DNA of 64,000 nucleotides, taken from Candidatus Woesearchaeota archaeon (GTDB taxonomy: Archaea; Nanobdellota; Nanobdellia; Woesearchaeales; JAZDKJ01). Within the stretch, counting starts at the first letter, position 1. Each line of letters starts with the position of its first letter. Shown one piece after another: positions 55,428 through 64,000 of the stretch. The translations under genes were made by a program, and so were the position numbers. The notes under the pieces are model-generated. The model saw nothing but the letters and a program-made list of their open reading frames with translations. It was not told where the DNA came from and made no database searches. The stretch is taken from the NCBI GenBank assembly GCA_043803105.1, contig JAZDKJ010000006.1:364222-428221 (forward strand), given 5' to 3'.

Positions 55428-56891
55428 ATGGCAGCAATGCGAGAAGAGAAGCAGAAGTATTTCAACAGGATGCAGGATAATTTCCCGCAAGCACTCCTGG
55501 TTGGCTTCGCTGATTTGGATGCATCCAAAATACTGGCTGTCAACGTCTCACACCTCAACCAACATGGAGAAACCATAGAGACGACTCTCCAGCCATTAGC
55601 CTACCGCAAAGTGACTTGGACTCTTCCTAATGCAAAAGGTGAGTTGGAAGAGATGGGTTTGCGTTACGGAGACAATCCTGACCAAAAATCTGCTATGTTC
55701 AAATTAGTGGGAGGAAATCTTGCTCTTGCAGCCTGTAAGTTTGTTGGAGCAAATAACGGGCTTGTAAGTGCAATAACTGAGGCTGACATGATCCAAGCAG
55801 GTAAGCATCCAGGTAAAACAAACCTTACTGATGTGGATTCCGCGCTGAATATACTTAGGTATTTGGGTGAAAAACCGGCATGCGCTATAATGAAGCACAA
55901 CAATCCCTCCGGCTTAGCCTATGGAGGTTCTTCTGAAGTGACAGGTGCTGCCTTCGGGTCTGACGTCTCCGAAGCATACAGGAAGGCAAATGATGCTGAC
56001 AGGATAGCTGCTTTTGGTGGGGCTGCTGTTTTCAATAAGCCCATAGATACAGTCACAGCAGAAATGATTAATCGCAATTACCTGGAGGTGGTCTGTGCCC
56101 CGGACTTTGAAAGAGGTGCTGTTGAAATCCTTAAGGGTAGGAAGAACTTGAGAATAATTCGCTTGGACAATATCAATCGCCTAGAGAATTATTCAACCAC
56201 CCAGATTATTGATTTTAAGGCATTGATGGATGGTGGGTTCATAGTCCAGGAGTCCCAGGTGAATAAGGTTCGTTCATTGGCAGACCTGAAAAGAGCCAGT
56301 CACAAAGGTTATCAGACAGAACGGTGGCCCCCAGACCCCAACGAAGTTAGGGACATGATTTTTGGTGTGGCAGTAGAGTGTGGGGTTACATCAAACTCTG
56401 TCCTTTACGTTAAGGACGAAACAACAGTATCTGTTGGGACAGGTCAGCAGGACAGGCTTGATGTTACAGTCTATGCCATAGCTAAAGCGTATAGAAAGCG
56501 CCGTGACAGGGAATGTTTCAAAGAGTTTGGTATTCCCTATCCAGCGCTTGAAACAATGATATTTCACAAAGAGCAAGGCATAGACAGGGATTATGGAAGC
56601 ACTGCGGTCAATAACGCTAACCTGAACGGAGTTGGTATGCTAAGAGAGTGGAAAAAAGAGATAGATGCAAGAGTCAACAGTATACATGGTGGATTGATTG
56701 GCGCGACAAAGGTTTCAGACGCTTTCTTCCCTGAGCCTGACGCCATCGATTACTCGCTTATGGAATTCATTTCCGCAGTTGTGCATCCCGAAGGTTCGGA
56801 TAAGGATTGGGCTACCATTGATGCCTGCAATAAGGCTAAGCCGAGGCCAGTTATTGTGGCGCATACAACTCAGAGATTGTTCAAGCACTGA
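55428..56891 (+). CDS. purH: AICAR transformylase (PurH, AICARFT domain only, no MGS-like cyclohydrolase domain)
   Basis: LRYGDNPDQKSAMF, AIMKHNNPSGLA and AAFGGAAVFNKPID match AICARFT motifs. Confidence 0.8.
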   Translation: MAAMREEKQKYFNRMQDNFPQALLVGFADLDASKILAVNVSHLNQHGETIETTLQPLAYRKVTWTLPNAKGELEEMGLRYGDNPDQKSAMFKLVGGNLALAACKFVGANNGLVSAITEADMIQAGKHPGKTNLTDVDSALNILRYLGEKPACAIMKHNNPSGLAYGGSSEVTGAAFGSDVSEAYRKANDADRIAAFGGAAVFNKPIDTVTAEMINRNYLEVVCAPDFERGAVEILKGRKNLRIIRLDNINRLENYSTTQIIDFKALMDGGFIVQESQVNKVRSLADLKRASHKGYQTERWPPDPNEVRDMIFGVAVECGVTSNSVLYVKDETTVSVGTGQQDRLDVTVYAIAKAYRKRRDRECFKEFGIPYPALETMIFHKEQGIDRDYGSTAVNNANLNGVGMLREWKKEIDARVNSIHGGLIGATKVSDAFFPEPDAIDYSLMEFISAVVHPEGSDKDWATIDACNKAKPRPVIVAHTTQRLFKH

Positions 56892-56893
56892 GA

Positions 56894-57850
56894 ATGTTAA
56901 ACAACAAAACCCTCGAGTCAGCCCTGTCAATACTTGGCTCTCTTGGTCCAGGACCTGCCTGCCTTATCTATAATGATGGCATGCTCTCGAGTGCTGCATG
57001 CAGCATTTCTGCTGCTGACGCTTTCGAGAAGGCTCGTGATAGTTGCTGGACAGGAACCATTGCAGGCTCTGCATTCTTCAACAGGCCTCTGTGCTTGGAC
57101 ACAGCTAAAATGATTGAAGAGACTGATCTTCTTCAGGTGTACGCTCCTTCATTTGATGATAAGGCAGTGAAGGTTTTAGAGAAGAAGACGATGGTTCCAA
57201 TAAACCTCAATAAAGCGCCAAACACAATTCAACTAATTTGCTTGAATAAGCGGAATAGTCAGTTGCGCACTTCTTTTTCTGCTCAGCAAAATGATTTGTA
57301 CTTGGCCATTGCGTGCATGCAAGATACGCCATCCCGTGCCCTGGTATTAGCCAAGGAAAGCAAGACTGCCGCGATTGTTGCGTCTGAAACACTGGAGGAT
57401 TGTGCTTTGCTTGCGTTGAGGGACGCAGGGAGAAACTATAAGAACATGATTTGTTACAATGATTACCATCTCTCCTATGACTTTCTTGAAAGCAGCATCT
57501 CCTGCGTCGCCCTCAGAGTGATTACAGAGCCAGAGGCAATTGCCAAAATTGAGGATATACAAGCAAGGAGTAAGATCATTGGTGGTGCTGTTAAGGTAGA
57601 AAAGCTTAGTGTAATGGACACCATAAACAAGCTTGCCAATCAAGACAGGTCGGGTCTTAATTACGCTGTTGCAGTCACCAAATGCGAATTTGACATGGCC
57701 ACCCTTAGCTTTCTTGCTGACAAAGGCATAATTGCTGTGGCACAGCCAAGCCATAATCCTGAGATTGAAAAAGGATGCCGTAAATTAGACCTTACTTTGT
57801 TGCTCTATCACATTAATGAAAAGCCAAAATGCTGCGAGGTGCGAATATGA
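56894..57850 (+). CDS. PurH-like AICARFT-domain paralog, divergent and possibly inactive
   Basis: ALSILGSLGPGPACLIYNDG and IAGSAFFNRPLCLDTAKMI echo the PurH motifs, but the conserved His/Asn residues are changed. Confidence 0.45.
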   Translation: MLNNKTLESALSILGSLGPGPACLIYNDGMLSSAACSISAADAFEKARDSCWTGTIAGSAFFNRPLCLDTAKMIEETDLLQVYAPSFDDKAVKVLEKKTMVPINLNKAPNTIQLICLNKRNSQLRTSFSAQQNDLYLAIACMQDTPSRALVLAKESKTAAIVASETLEDCALLALRDAGRNYKNMICYNDYHLSYDFLESSISCVALRVITEPEAIAKIEDIQARSKIIGGAVKVEKLSVMDTINKLANQDRSGLNYAVAVTKCEFDMATLSFLADKGIIAVAQPSHNPEIEKGCRKLDLTLLLYHINEKPKCCEVRI

Positions 57851-58884
57851 ATGATAAAAAAGAATTTATGACTTACAAAGGTTCAGGTGTGGATGTTGAA
57901 AAAGGTGAGGCTGTTGCAAAAAATCTGGAGGAAGAATTGGGCTCGACTCTTAACGACCATGTGGTTCCAGGAAAGTCTGGATTCAAGAGGTTTTGGAGGG
58001 ACGAAAATCATACTTATGTTGCAGGTGCTGACGGTGTTGGAACAAAGCTCAAGGTTGGATTCTTGCTAAAAAAGATTGACACTGTAGGCATAGACCTGGT
58101 TGCAATGTGCATTAACGATATTGTCAGGGTGGGTGCAGAGCCAATGTTCTTTCTTGATTATCTTGCTACCGGTAAATTGGATGAAGGTGACCATCTTAAG
58201 ATTGTCAGTGGAATCGTAGAAGGCTGCAGGCGTGCAGGGGTTCCTTTGCTGGGAGGCGAGACTGCTGAACTGCCAGGGTTCTACTCGCCTAAAGAATTTG
58301 ATCTTGCAGGTTTTGCAGTTGGCAGAGCGAAACACCAAGATCTGATTGACGGCACCAATATAAAGGTTGGGGCTGCGCTTTTAGGCATTGAGTCATCAGG
58401 CCTGCACAGCAATGGCTACTCTTTGGCGAGAAAGGTGCTTATGGAAAAGCTAGGCCTTGGAATGTTTGATTATGTGGCCAAGCTTAGGTGCACAGTTGGA
58501 CAAGAGCTGATAAGGTCAACCATCATCTACTCCAAGCCAGTTCTTGATCTACTGAGTCACTTTCCTGGCCAGGTTCAGGGAATGGCTCATGTTAGTGGAG
58601 GAGGTATGCCAAACAAGGTTCCAAAATGTTTTCCTGAAGGCTGCGGCGCAGTCATAAATGAGGGCAGCTGGCCTGTGCATCAGATTTTCTCGTACATTGC
58701 AGAGAACGGCCCAGTTGCACCTGAGGAAATGAGAAGGACCTTCAACATGGGTATTGGTATGGTTATGGTAATAAACGACAAGGGTGTGGTGCCAGAGATA
58801 TCTTCGCTTTTGTTGGAAAGCCACAAACTCAAGAGTTATGACATAGGCAACATTGTTGCTGGCAGAGGATTGCAGTATATCTAG
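57829..58884 (+). CDS. purM: Phosphoribosylformylglycinamidine cyclo-ligase (AIR synthetase)
   Basis: GADGVGTKLK and the PurM N- and C-domain pattern are present. Length is 351 aa. Confidence 0.85.
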   Translation: MLRGANMNDKKEFMTYKGSGVDVEKGEAVAKNLEEELGSTLNDHVVPGKSGFKRFWRDENHTYVAGADGVGTKLKVGFLLKKIDTVGIDLVAMCINDIVRVGAEPMFFLDYLATGKLDEGDHLKIVSGIVEGCRRAGVPLLGGETAELPGFYSPKEFDLAGFAVGRAKHQDLIDGTNIKVGAALLGIESSGLHSNGYSLARKVLMEKLGLGMFDYVAKLRCTVGQELIRSTIIYSKPVLDLLSHFPGQVQGMAHVSGGGMPNKVPKCFPEGCGAVINEGSWPVHQIFSYIAENGPVAPEEMRRTFNMGIGMVMVINDKGVVPEISSLLLESHKLKSYDIGNIVAGRGLQYI

Positions 58885-58905
58885 CACCAAACCTTTTTAA
58901 AGCAA

Positions 58906-59913
58906 GTGCCTTATCGGGCTTTTATGTTCTTAGACAGATTGGGCAAGGTTGAGCACTCCAAGTTCTATGTAGAGCTTGCTATAAGGCACGCTAATGCGCG
59001 ATGCAAGCTCTTGAAGCAGAAACTGCCTGTCAAGGAACGCCTGCTAAGGGAGAAAAAGGTTGGCTCTTACAGGCTGCAGATGATTGACAAGTATTTGGGA
59101 GCAGAGCTTAACAGGCTCATAGCCTGCTTTCCAGACTTTGAGTCTATTCCTGTCTTCTACCTTGAGCTTGTCAAGCTCACAACAGATTATGAGGCGACAA
59201 CGTCAGCATTAAAAAAGCTTGATTGGCTGAGAAGAAGCACGCGCTCATTGGCTAAGGCATATATTGACAGGATTTCAAAACGTAATGACATTAAATTTAT
59301 TCTCTCCAGCGAGAAAGCATTTTATGGCAGGCTTTTCGGCTTAGCAAGGAAGGTCGACCCTAGCTTAGAAGTCCTTGAGACGGTTAGGAAGGTCATGAGA
59401 GAATACCCTGTTGTAAAGACCTCGTTGTTCACTGTTGCTATTGCAGGCTTTCCAAATGTCGGCAAGACCACTCTGCTTTTCAAGCTGACAGGTTCACAGC
59501 CAGAGATAAAGAACTATGCCTTCACAACAAAAGGCATCAACACTGCTTACATGTCTTTTGAGTCAAGGAAGGTTCAGCTTCTTGACACCCCCGGCACTTT
59601 GGACAGGATTGAGAAGATGAACAATCTTGAAAAACAGTCTTTCCTTGCAATACAGCATCTTGCAAACTGCATAGTCTATGTTTTTGATGTTACAGAATCT
59701 TATCCTCTTGATGACCAGATAAAGCTTTACCTCAGGTTAAAGGAGCTTGACAAGCCGATGATTGTGTATGCCTCAAAGACTGACATTTCCAAGGATAACC
59801 TTGCACTGCTTTCAGATTATGAGCCGATCACTGACTTACAGATTCTTCAGGAAAAGTTGAAATCCTTGGCAGAAAAATCCGATATTCTGCCACCGCCATC
59901 TTCAGATTCTTAG
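58906..59913 (+). CDS. Nog1-family GTPase
   Basis: G-motifs GFPNVGKTTLL and DTPG sit in the Nog1/MJ1464 layout. The start may be GTG at 58906 or ATG at 58924. Confidence 0.7.
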   Translation: MPYRAFMFLDRLGKVEHSKFYVELAIRHANARCKLLKQKLPVKERLLREKKVGSYRLQMIDKYLGAELNRLIACFPDFESIPVFYLELVKLTTDYEATTSALKKLDWLRRSTRSLAKAYIDRISKRNDIKFILSSEKAFYGRLFGLARKVDPSLEVLETVRKVMREYPVVKTSLFTVAIAGFPNVGKTTLLFKLTGSQPEIKNYAFTTKGINTAYMSFESRKVQLLDTPGTLDRIEKMNNLEKQSFLAIQHLANCIVYVFDVTESYPLDDQIKLYLRLKELDKPMIVYASKTDISKDNLALLSDYEPITDLQILQEKLKSLAEKSDILPPPSSDS

Positions 59914-61026
59914 CCTCTCATCATCAATGTATATGGTTGGATTTCTGAAGACCTGGTCAAGGTGCGTGCTAGAATACACGCTTCCTCCGAACCATTCGTT
60001 GCTTCCTATGGCTATATGAGCAGTGCCTAATGTTTTCTCATTAATTAGGTTTGGCCCCATTATCTTTGCGTTTGGGTTTATGCCTATGCCAAGCTCCCCT
60101 ATCCTTCTTGTTCCTGCAGGATTTTTCTTTTCTGCAGCACAAAGTGTTTTTTCAAGAAGCTCTGCCTCTTCCCCGCCTTTGATGCTTGTTATCTCTCCCC
60201 TGCTCACGTCCAGCACTATCGGTTCTCTGACAAGGATTGTCTGGTCTTTGATCTTTGCGGAGCCGTCGATTACAACTCGCCCGTCAACTCCCTTTCCGTT
60301 TGGTGCTATGTAAACCTCTCCTGCAGGGATGTTCCCTCCCGATCTCGGCTCATCATAGTTTGCAGTATTGGCTACAGCATATTTCCTGCTTATGTCTATC
60401 GTCACGTCAGTTCCTGCAGGGCTTGTTACCCTTACTGTGTTCCCGTTGTCAAGCTTCTGCTTGATCAATGAGGCCCTCCTCTGCATTTCGCCGTAGTCAA
60501 CATCTATCGCTGCCACCAGGGCGCCAAACTGTTTTGTTGTCAGTTCCTGCAAGCTCACTGTTGTTGCGAATTTATGTGCCTGAGACTTAGCATATCTCCT
60601 GAAGCTTTTGCCCAGCACTTTGGCGCTGCTCAACTTGCCGCTAATCGCTATGGCAAGTGCATTGCACTCATTGAACTCTGACAATGCCTTTACAAGAGGA
60701 TCATCCTCTGTTGAGTGGATCTTTTTGGGCTCCTGTACAACAAGGCTGTACTTTAGCCCTAGTCTTTTTGCTGCCAGGAGATAGCATCCGGTCATGATGG
60801 CAGATGCTCGCCTGTCTTCATAGCCATAGTCTCCGATTATCAGGAGGTACTCCTTCCTTAGCCCAAGTGATTTTGTAAGAAGGGATTCAAATACAGGATA
60901 GTGCCGTTCTGCAACATGAAATAGGCTGTTTTCCTTTAGCCACTGCACAAATTCTTGGGGTGTCATCTCTCTGCCTTTGTTCTGTGAGGGGGTTTTTATA
61001 CTTTTTCCCAAAATTACAGTACACAA
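59902..61026 (-). CDS. Aminopeptidase, M29 (AmpS/PepS)-like
   Basis: C-terminal GTAHIAIGSNEWFGGSVYSSTHLD pattern. Length is 374 aa. Confidence 0.55.
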   Translation of the reverse strand: MCTVILGKSIKTPSQNKGREMTPQEFVQWLKENSLFHVAERHYPVFESLLTKSLGLRKEYLLIIGDYGYEDRRASAIMTGCYLLAAKRLGLKYSLVVQEPKKIHSTEDDPLVKALSEFNECNALAIAISGKLSSAKVLGKSFRRYAKSQAHKFATTVSLQELTTKQFGALVAAIDVDYGEMQRRASLIKQKLDNGNTVRVTSPAGTDVTIDISRKYAVANTANYDEPRSGGNIPAGEVYIAPNGKGVDGRVVIDGSAKIKDQTILVREPIVLDVSRGEITSIKGGEEAELLEKTLCAAEKKNPAGTRRIGELGIGINPNAKIMGPNLINEKTLGTAHIAIGSNEWFGGSVYSSTHLDQVFRNPTIYIDDERLRI

Positions 61027-61075
61027 CGTGCCCCGATTACAAAGGTTTTTAAAGACTCACAAATTTTTTTAACCT

Positions 61076-61366
61076 ATGACCAAGCGCATAGGCAAGGGCC
61101 GAAAAGGCACCAGGCACATCTACAGGAAAAAGCCTGCTTTGCGTGGAAAGGTTCCTATAAGAAAGTTCATGCAGAAATTTGCTGTAGGAGACAAAGTGAT
61201 GCTAAAGCTCGATCCTTTCTACCAGAAAGGTGTTTATTTCCCAAGGGTTCATTGTAAGGTCGGTGTAGTCAAAGGCAGCACAGGCAGGTGCTATCGAGTG
61301 GAGATTTCTGACAGGAAAAAACAAAAGATTTTTATTGTCAATCCAGTTCATCTGAAGAAGGTGTAA
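61076..61366 (+). CDS. rpl21e: 50S ribosomal protein L21e
   Basis: GKGRKGTRHIYRKKPALRGK...GDKVMLKLDP is the L21e signature. Confidence 0.85.
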   Translation: MTKRIGKGRKGTRHIYRKKPALRGKVPIRKFMQKFAVGDKVMLKLDPFYQKGVYFPRVHCKVGVVKGSTGRCYRVEISDRKKQKIFIVNPVHLKKV

Positions 61367-61368
61367 TT

Positions 61369-61719
61369 TTGGCAAGACTTGAAGTTTTCAGCGAAACTCC
61401 CATATCGTATTCTGTGCTAGCTTCTGAACTTAAGAGGATAAAGAAGCGCGACAAGGAATTGAGTTTTCGCGCCCTGAAGACTGAGGAATACCTTCAGCAA
61501 ATCATTGTTCTTGAAGAGGATAAGGCCAAGGAGTTATTGGAAAAGCTTAACAAGCTAAATGTCCCAAGGCTTAAGGAAAACCACATGATAAAGCTCATTG
61601 ACCTCCTGCCGACCTCACCCGAAGAGGTTAAGCTTATTCTCCAGGGATATACCATCACAGTCAATCAAGATAATCTGAAGAAGATTTCAAAGACATTTGA
61701 AGAGTTTATGGCCAAGTGA
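61369..61719 (+). CDS. rpoF: DNA-directed RNA polymerase subunit F (Rpb4 homolog)
   Basis: 116-aa helical protein in the conserved L21e-RpoF-DUF655 position. Confidence 0.55.
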   Translation: MARLEVFSETPISYSVLASELKRIKKRDKELSFRALKTEEYLQQIIVLEEDKAKELLEKLNKLNVPRLKENHMIKLIDLLPTSPEEVKLILQGYTITVNQDNLKKISKTFEEFMAK

Positions 61720-61808
61720 ATACTGCCATAAGGGGTTTTCTTGCTAGCTTTTAGCATAAGGTTTATATAGTCAGCCGGTTGTGATTCCTTGCAATTAGGG
61801 GGATTGTA

Positions 61809-62372
61809 ATGGAAAAGCAGACGATTAGAGAAGAGACAGCTGTAGTGTTAGACTCCCTGCCGAACGGCTATCCCTTTGACACGCGCCCCAGCCACATCAA
61901 GACCCCTATAGTCCAGGCGCTTGGCAAGACTCATTTTTCCCTGCTCGAGCTTGTGCCCAAGAAGGGTGTTTCTATCAAGCCTAATGAGGATATTTACATC
62001 GGTGAGGGCAAGAGGGATAAGATACATCATATCCTCGGAAAGCTTCCATTTTCCAAGCTAACAAGTACCGCAAAGTCTGAGCTCGAGTTTGTTGTTGCAG
62101 ACATAGTCGCGAAGGATGAGCAGCATTTCGTTGACTTCTTTAATACTGCTCAGCCCCTAACAATGAGGATGCACCAGCTTGAGCTTCTGCCAGGTGTGGG
62201 GAAGAAGCACATGTGGGAGATCCTGGCAAAGCGGGACGAGTTGAAGTTCGCAAGCTTTGACGACATCAAGTATAGGGTAAAGCTGATGCCTGACCCAAAG
62301 AAGACAATCGTCAAAAGGATTATCATAGAAATTGAAGGCTCGGAAAAGCATCATATTTTCATAGACTCATAA
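61809..62372 (+). CDS. DUF655-family protein (conserved partner of rpoF)
   Basis: 187 aa with LPGVGKKHMW (HhH-like). A GGGGGA ribosome-binding site lies upstream. Confidence 0.55.
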   Translation: MEKQTIREETAVVLDSLPNGYPFDTRPSHIKTPIVQALGKTHFSLLELVPKKGVSIKPNEDIYIGEGKRDKIHHILGKLPFSKLTSTAKSELEFVVADIVAKDEQHFVDFFNTAQPLTMRMHQLELLPGVGKKHMWEILAKRDELKFASFDDIKYRVKLMPDPKKTIVKRIIIEIEGSEKHHIFIDS

Positions 62373-62387
62373 AAAAAGAGGTGCAGT

Positions 62388-62777
62388 ATGGCAAATGAGA
62401 GTGTTGACGACTTGGAAGTTCCGCTCTTCCCACGTCCATCTGATAATATACCAAAACCTGGATTCTTTACAAAGCTTTTCAACAGACGCAAGACTGCAGA
62501 GCCTCAGCCAGAGCTGGCTGTGCCATCAGTAGTACCTCCTCAAGAGGAATCTAAAGCGCTTGAGGTAGTGCTCCCGCAGATTAAGATGCTTGAGATCAAC
62601 AGTCAGGCGTTGAAAAAAGAGGCAAAAAAGAAAGCTAAAAAGCAGGAGATAAAACCTCCGCTTGATGCAAAACAAGCTGCACTCCAGACCAAGATTAAGT
62701 CTTTTGATGAGGAGCTTTCCAGTATAAACACTGATATTGCAAAGCTTAACGATGAGCTGACAAAGACTAAGGTTTAA
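62388..62777 (+). CDS. Hypothetical coiled-coil protein (129 aa)
   Basis: ORF only. Confidence 0.35.
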   Translation: MANESVDDLEVPLFPRPSDNIPKPGFFTKLFNRRKTAEPQPELAVPSVVPPQEESKALEVVLPQIKMLEINSQALKKEAKKKAKKQEIKPPLDAKQAALQTKIKSFDEELSSINTDIAKLNDELTKTKV

Positions 62778-62841
62778 GGAAATAATATTGCATTATTGTA
62801 CCTTCACGATAAATTTCTTCTGCAATATCTGCATAAATCAA

Positions 62842-63465
62842 TTATGAGAACAGTAGCCCTTTAAGGGCTCTGACAGTGCTTGCCTCAAAATCAGCCTTCA
62901 CATTGTCAAACCTGTCCCACTTTGCAAGGACTGACTTAATCCTAAGCGTTTTGCAGGCAGTCACATCTTCTCTGCTATTGCCAATATAGCAGGTTGGCTT
63001 GCCGTATCTCGCAGTAAAACGCCTTAACAGGACTAGTTTTGAAGGTTTCTCGTGGAGTGGCTGCAGAAATACTATATCAAATAAGGCTCCAGATGCTTTC
63101 AACAAAGGTTTGACAACATCTTCTGGGGAAGTGGTCACTAAGGCTGTTCTGTATTTTTTCCTTAAGGTTTTCAGGAGTTGGGTCATATCCTTGACCAAAA
63201 TGTCATGTTCTTGTGCTTTGCCCAGGAGAATCAGCTGGTAAAGGTTCCTTGCAAGCTTGACAAGGACTACCTTGTCTTGAATTCCAGTATATCTCTTTGT
63301 TATTGTAATTACTGATCCCATAAAATCTTTTTTCCCTGCAAGCCTAACTACCTTAGGGTCTTTGAGGAGTATTGACATTATCCTGTACCAATCCTTGTGC
63401 GCCTCTTCGCTAATCGCCGACTTTATCGTTGTGCCGTCAAAGTCAAATGCTATTATTGGTTTCAT
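62842..63465 (-). CDS. HAD-superfamily hydrolase
   Basis: Motif I at the N-terminus (IIAFDFDGT), with a C-terminal G...D motif. Confidence 0.65.
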   Translation of the reverse strand: MKPIIAFDFDGTTIKSAISEEAHKDWYRIMSILLKDPKVVRLAGKKDFMGSVITITKRYTGIQDKVVLVKLARNLYQLILLGKAQEHDILVKDMTQLLKTLRKKYRTALVTTSPEDVVKPLLKASGALFDIVFLQPLHEKPSKLVLLRRFTARYGKPTCYIGNSREDVTACKTLRIKSVLAKWDRFDNVKADFEASTVRALKGLLFS

Positions 63466-63842
63466 TGCTTCTTTGCTTTTTTCTTTTTTGGCTGTTCCTC
63501 TTGTGCCGGTTGCTCGATGCTTGTCTCATCTGCTTTTTGGTCTTTTTTTTCATGTTCTTTTTCAAGCTCTTCCACATAGTTCACCTGCAGCTGTGTAATC
63601 GCACCTGACAGCAGGCTTTCTTCTGCCCTTGAAAGGTTTCCCCTGGTCTTTTTCTGCAGCATTACAAGAACATCTATTGTCTGTTTTGCAGCAGCAAGAT
63701 TTTTTTCCTGTTTTCCCGTTATTGGATTGGCGATCTTTCCAAGAAGCATCCATGTGCTTCCTTGAAGCCCCATTACCAGCTGCATGAATTCTGATTCAAA
63801 ATTTTCATCCATCTTATCACCCCGGGATGATGGTCTTTGCAT
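63462..63842 (-). CDS. DUF1844-family protein
   Basis: LVMGLQGSTWMLLGKIANPITGKQEKNLAAAKQTIDVLVMLQKKTRGNLSRAEESLL matches the DUF1844 core. Confidence 0.5.
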   Translation of the reverse strand: MQRPSSRGDKMDENFESEFMQLVMGLQGSTWMLLGKIANPITGKQEKNLAAAKQTIDVLVMLQKKTRGNLSRAEESLLSGAITQLQVNYVEELEKEHEKKDQKADETSIEQPAQEEQPKKKKAKKQ

Positions 63843-63935
63843 TCATATTTAAGATTTGTTGCAAAAGTCAAGTTTTATAAACCATTCAAGAAACCTTGAC
63901 CTCGCTGAGTCATACTGGCTCGGGAGGTAACACCT

Positions 63936-64000
63936 ATGGCTGAATTCAAGCTTGTTTTGTCAACAAAGGATGGCAAGAGCCACCAACGTGATGTTAAAGA
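63936..64000 (+). CDS. rps6e: 30S ribosomal protein S6e (N-terminal 21 aa, runs off the window end)
   Basis: MAEFKLVLSTKDGKSHQRDVK, with a GGAGGT Shine-Dalgarno-like site upstream. Confidence 0.65.
   Translation, partial: MAEFKLVLSTKDGKSHQRDVK

Noticed and set aside
57829-59913. purM and the Nog1 GTPase in the same reading frame across the purM TAG stop
   Set aside because: These are unrelated protein families that both exist as stand-alone proteins, so the shared frame is judged a coincidence (one chance in three).
1-64000. CRISPR arrays, rRNA genes, IS elements or integrase genes
   Set aside because: No regularly spaced 25-40-nt direct repeats were seen. There are no rRNA-like conserved blocks, and no transposase or integrase ORFs were recognisable in the window.
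1-64000. Genome-wide reassignment of TAG (for example pyrrolysine decoding)
   Set aside because: About 25% of confidently identified genes in the window terminate at TAG, which fits TAG as a standard stop. Only the MazG-like gene, and possibly the 36527/36890 pair, show in-frame TAGs.

Overview
This window looks like an archaeal chromosome segment with about 45% GC and Shine-Dalgarno-like GGAGGT sites ahead of many genes. Supporting the archaeal call, it holds a split-rpoB RNA polymerase operon on the minus strand (rpoH, rpoB'', rpoB', rpoA', and the start of rpoA'' running off the window). Other markers are aIF5B, aRF1, aIF5A, L40e, L37Ae-RpoP-prefoldin beta-UPF0147, L21e-RpoF-DUF655, a partial S6e, TyrRS, a DRG GTPase and a Nog1 GTPase. 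A long purine-biosynthesis cluster follows: purD, a PurE-like gene, a PurC-like gene, purB, guaB, purA, purO, an AICARFT-only purH plus a degenerate purH paralog, and purM. Four tRNA genes (Lys, Asp, Tyr, Pro) only fold if internal segments are removed, including an unusual intron site just after the T-loop shared by Lys, Asp and Pro. The most unusual feature is a family of tRNA-derived structured elements. These are partial self-copies of the tRNA-Tyr and tRNA-Pro ends joined to a conserved GAGCTG-NNAAG-TCAGCTCGCA hairpin, a roughly 200-nt element with tRNA-Pro-like termini, and degenerate direct repeats ending CCAAGTTACACTACAGCCCC on both sides of tyrS. Other points of interest are an accessory surface-protein operon with a 723-aa protein carrying an archaeal type IV pilin-like (class III) signal peptide, and a MazG-like gene split by an in-frame TAG even though TAG is a normal stop here. 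There is also an ArsR-permease pair with a tiny Cys-rich ORF, tandem degenerate HIT proteins, and several small zinc-ribbon and winged-helix genes. No CRISPR array or rRNA was seen. All calls come from reading the sequence and the ORF translations by eye, so no database search supports them.
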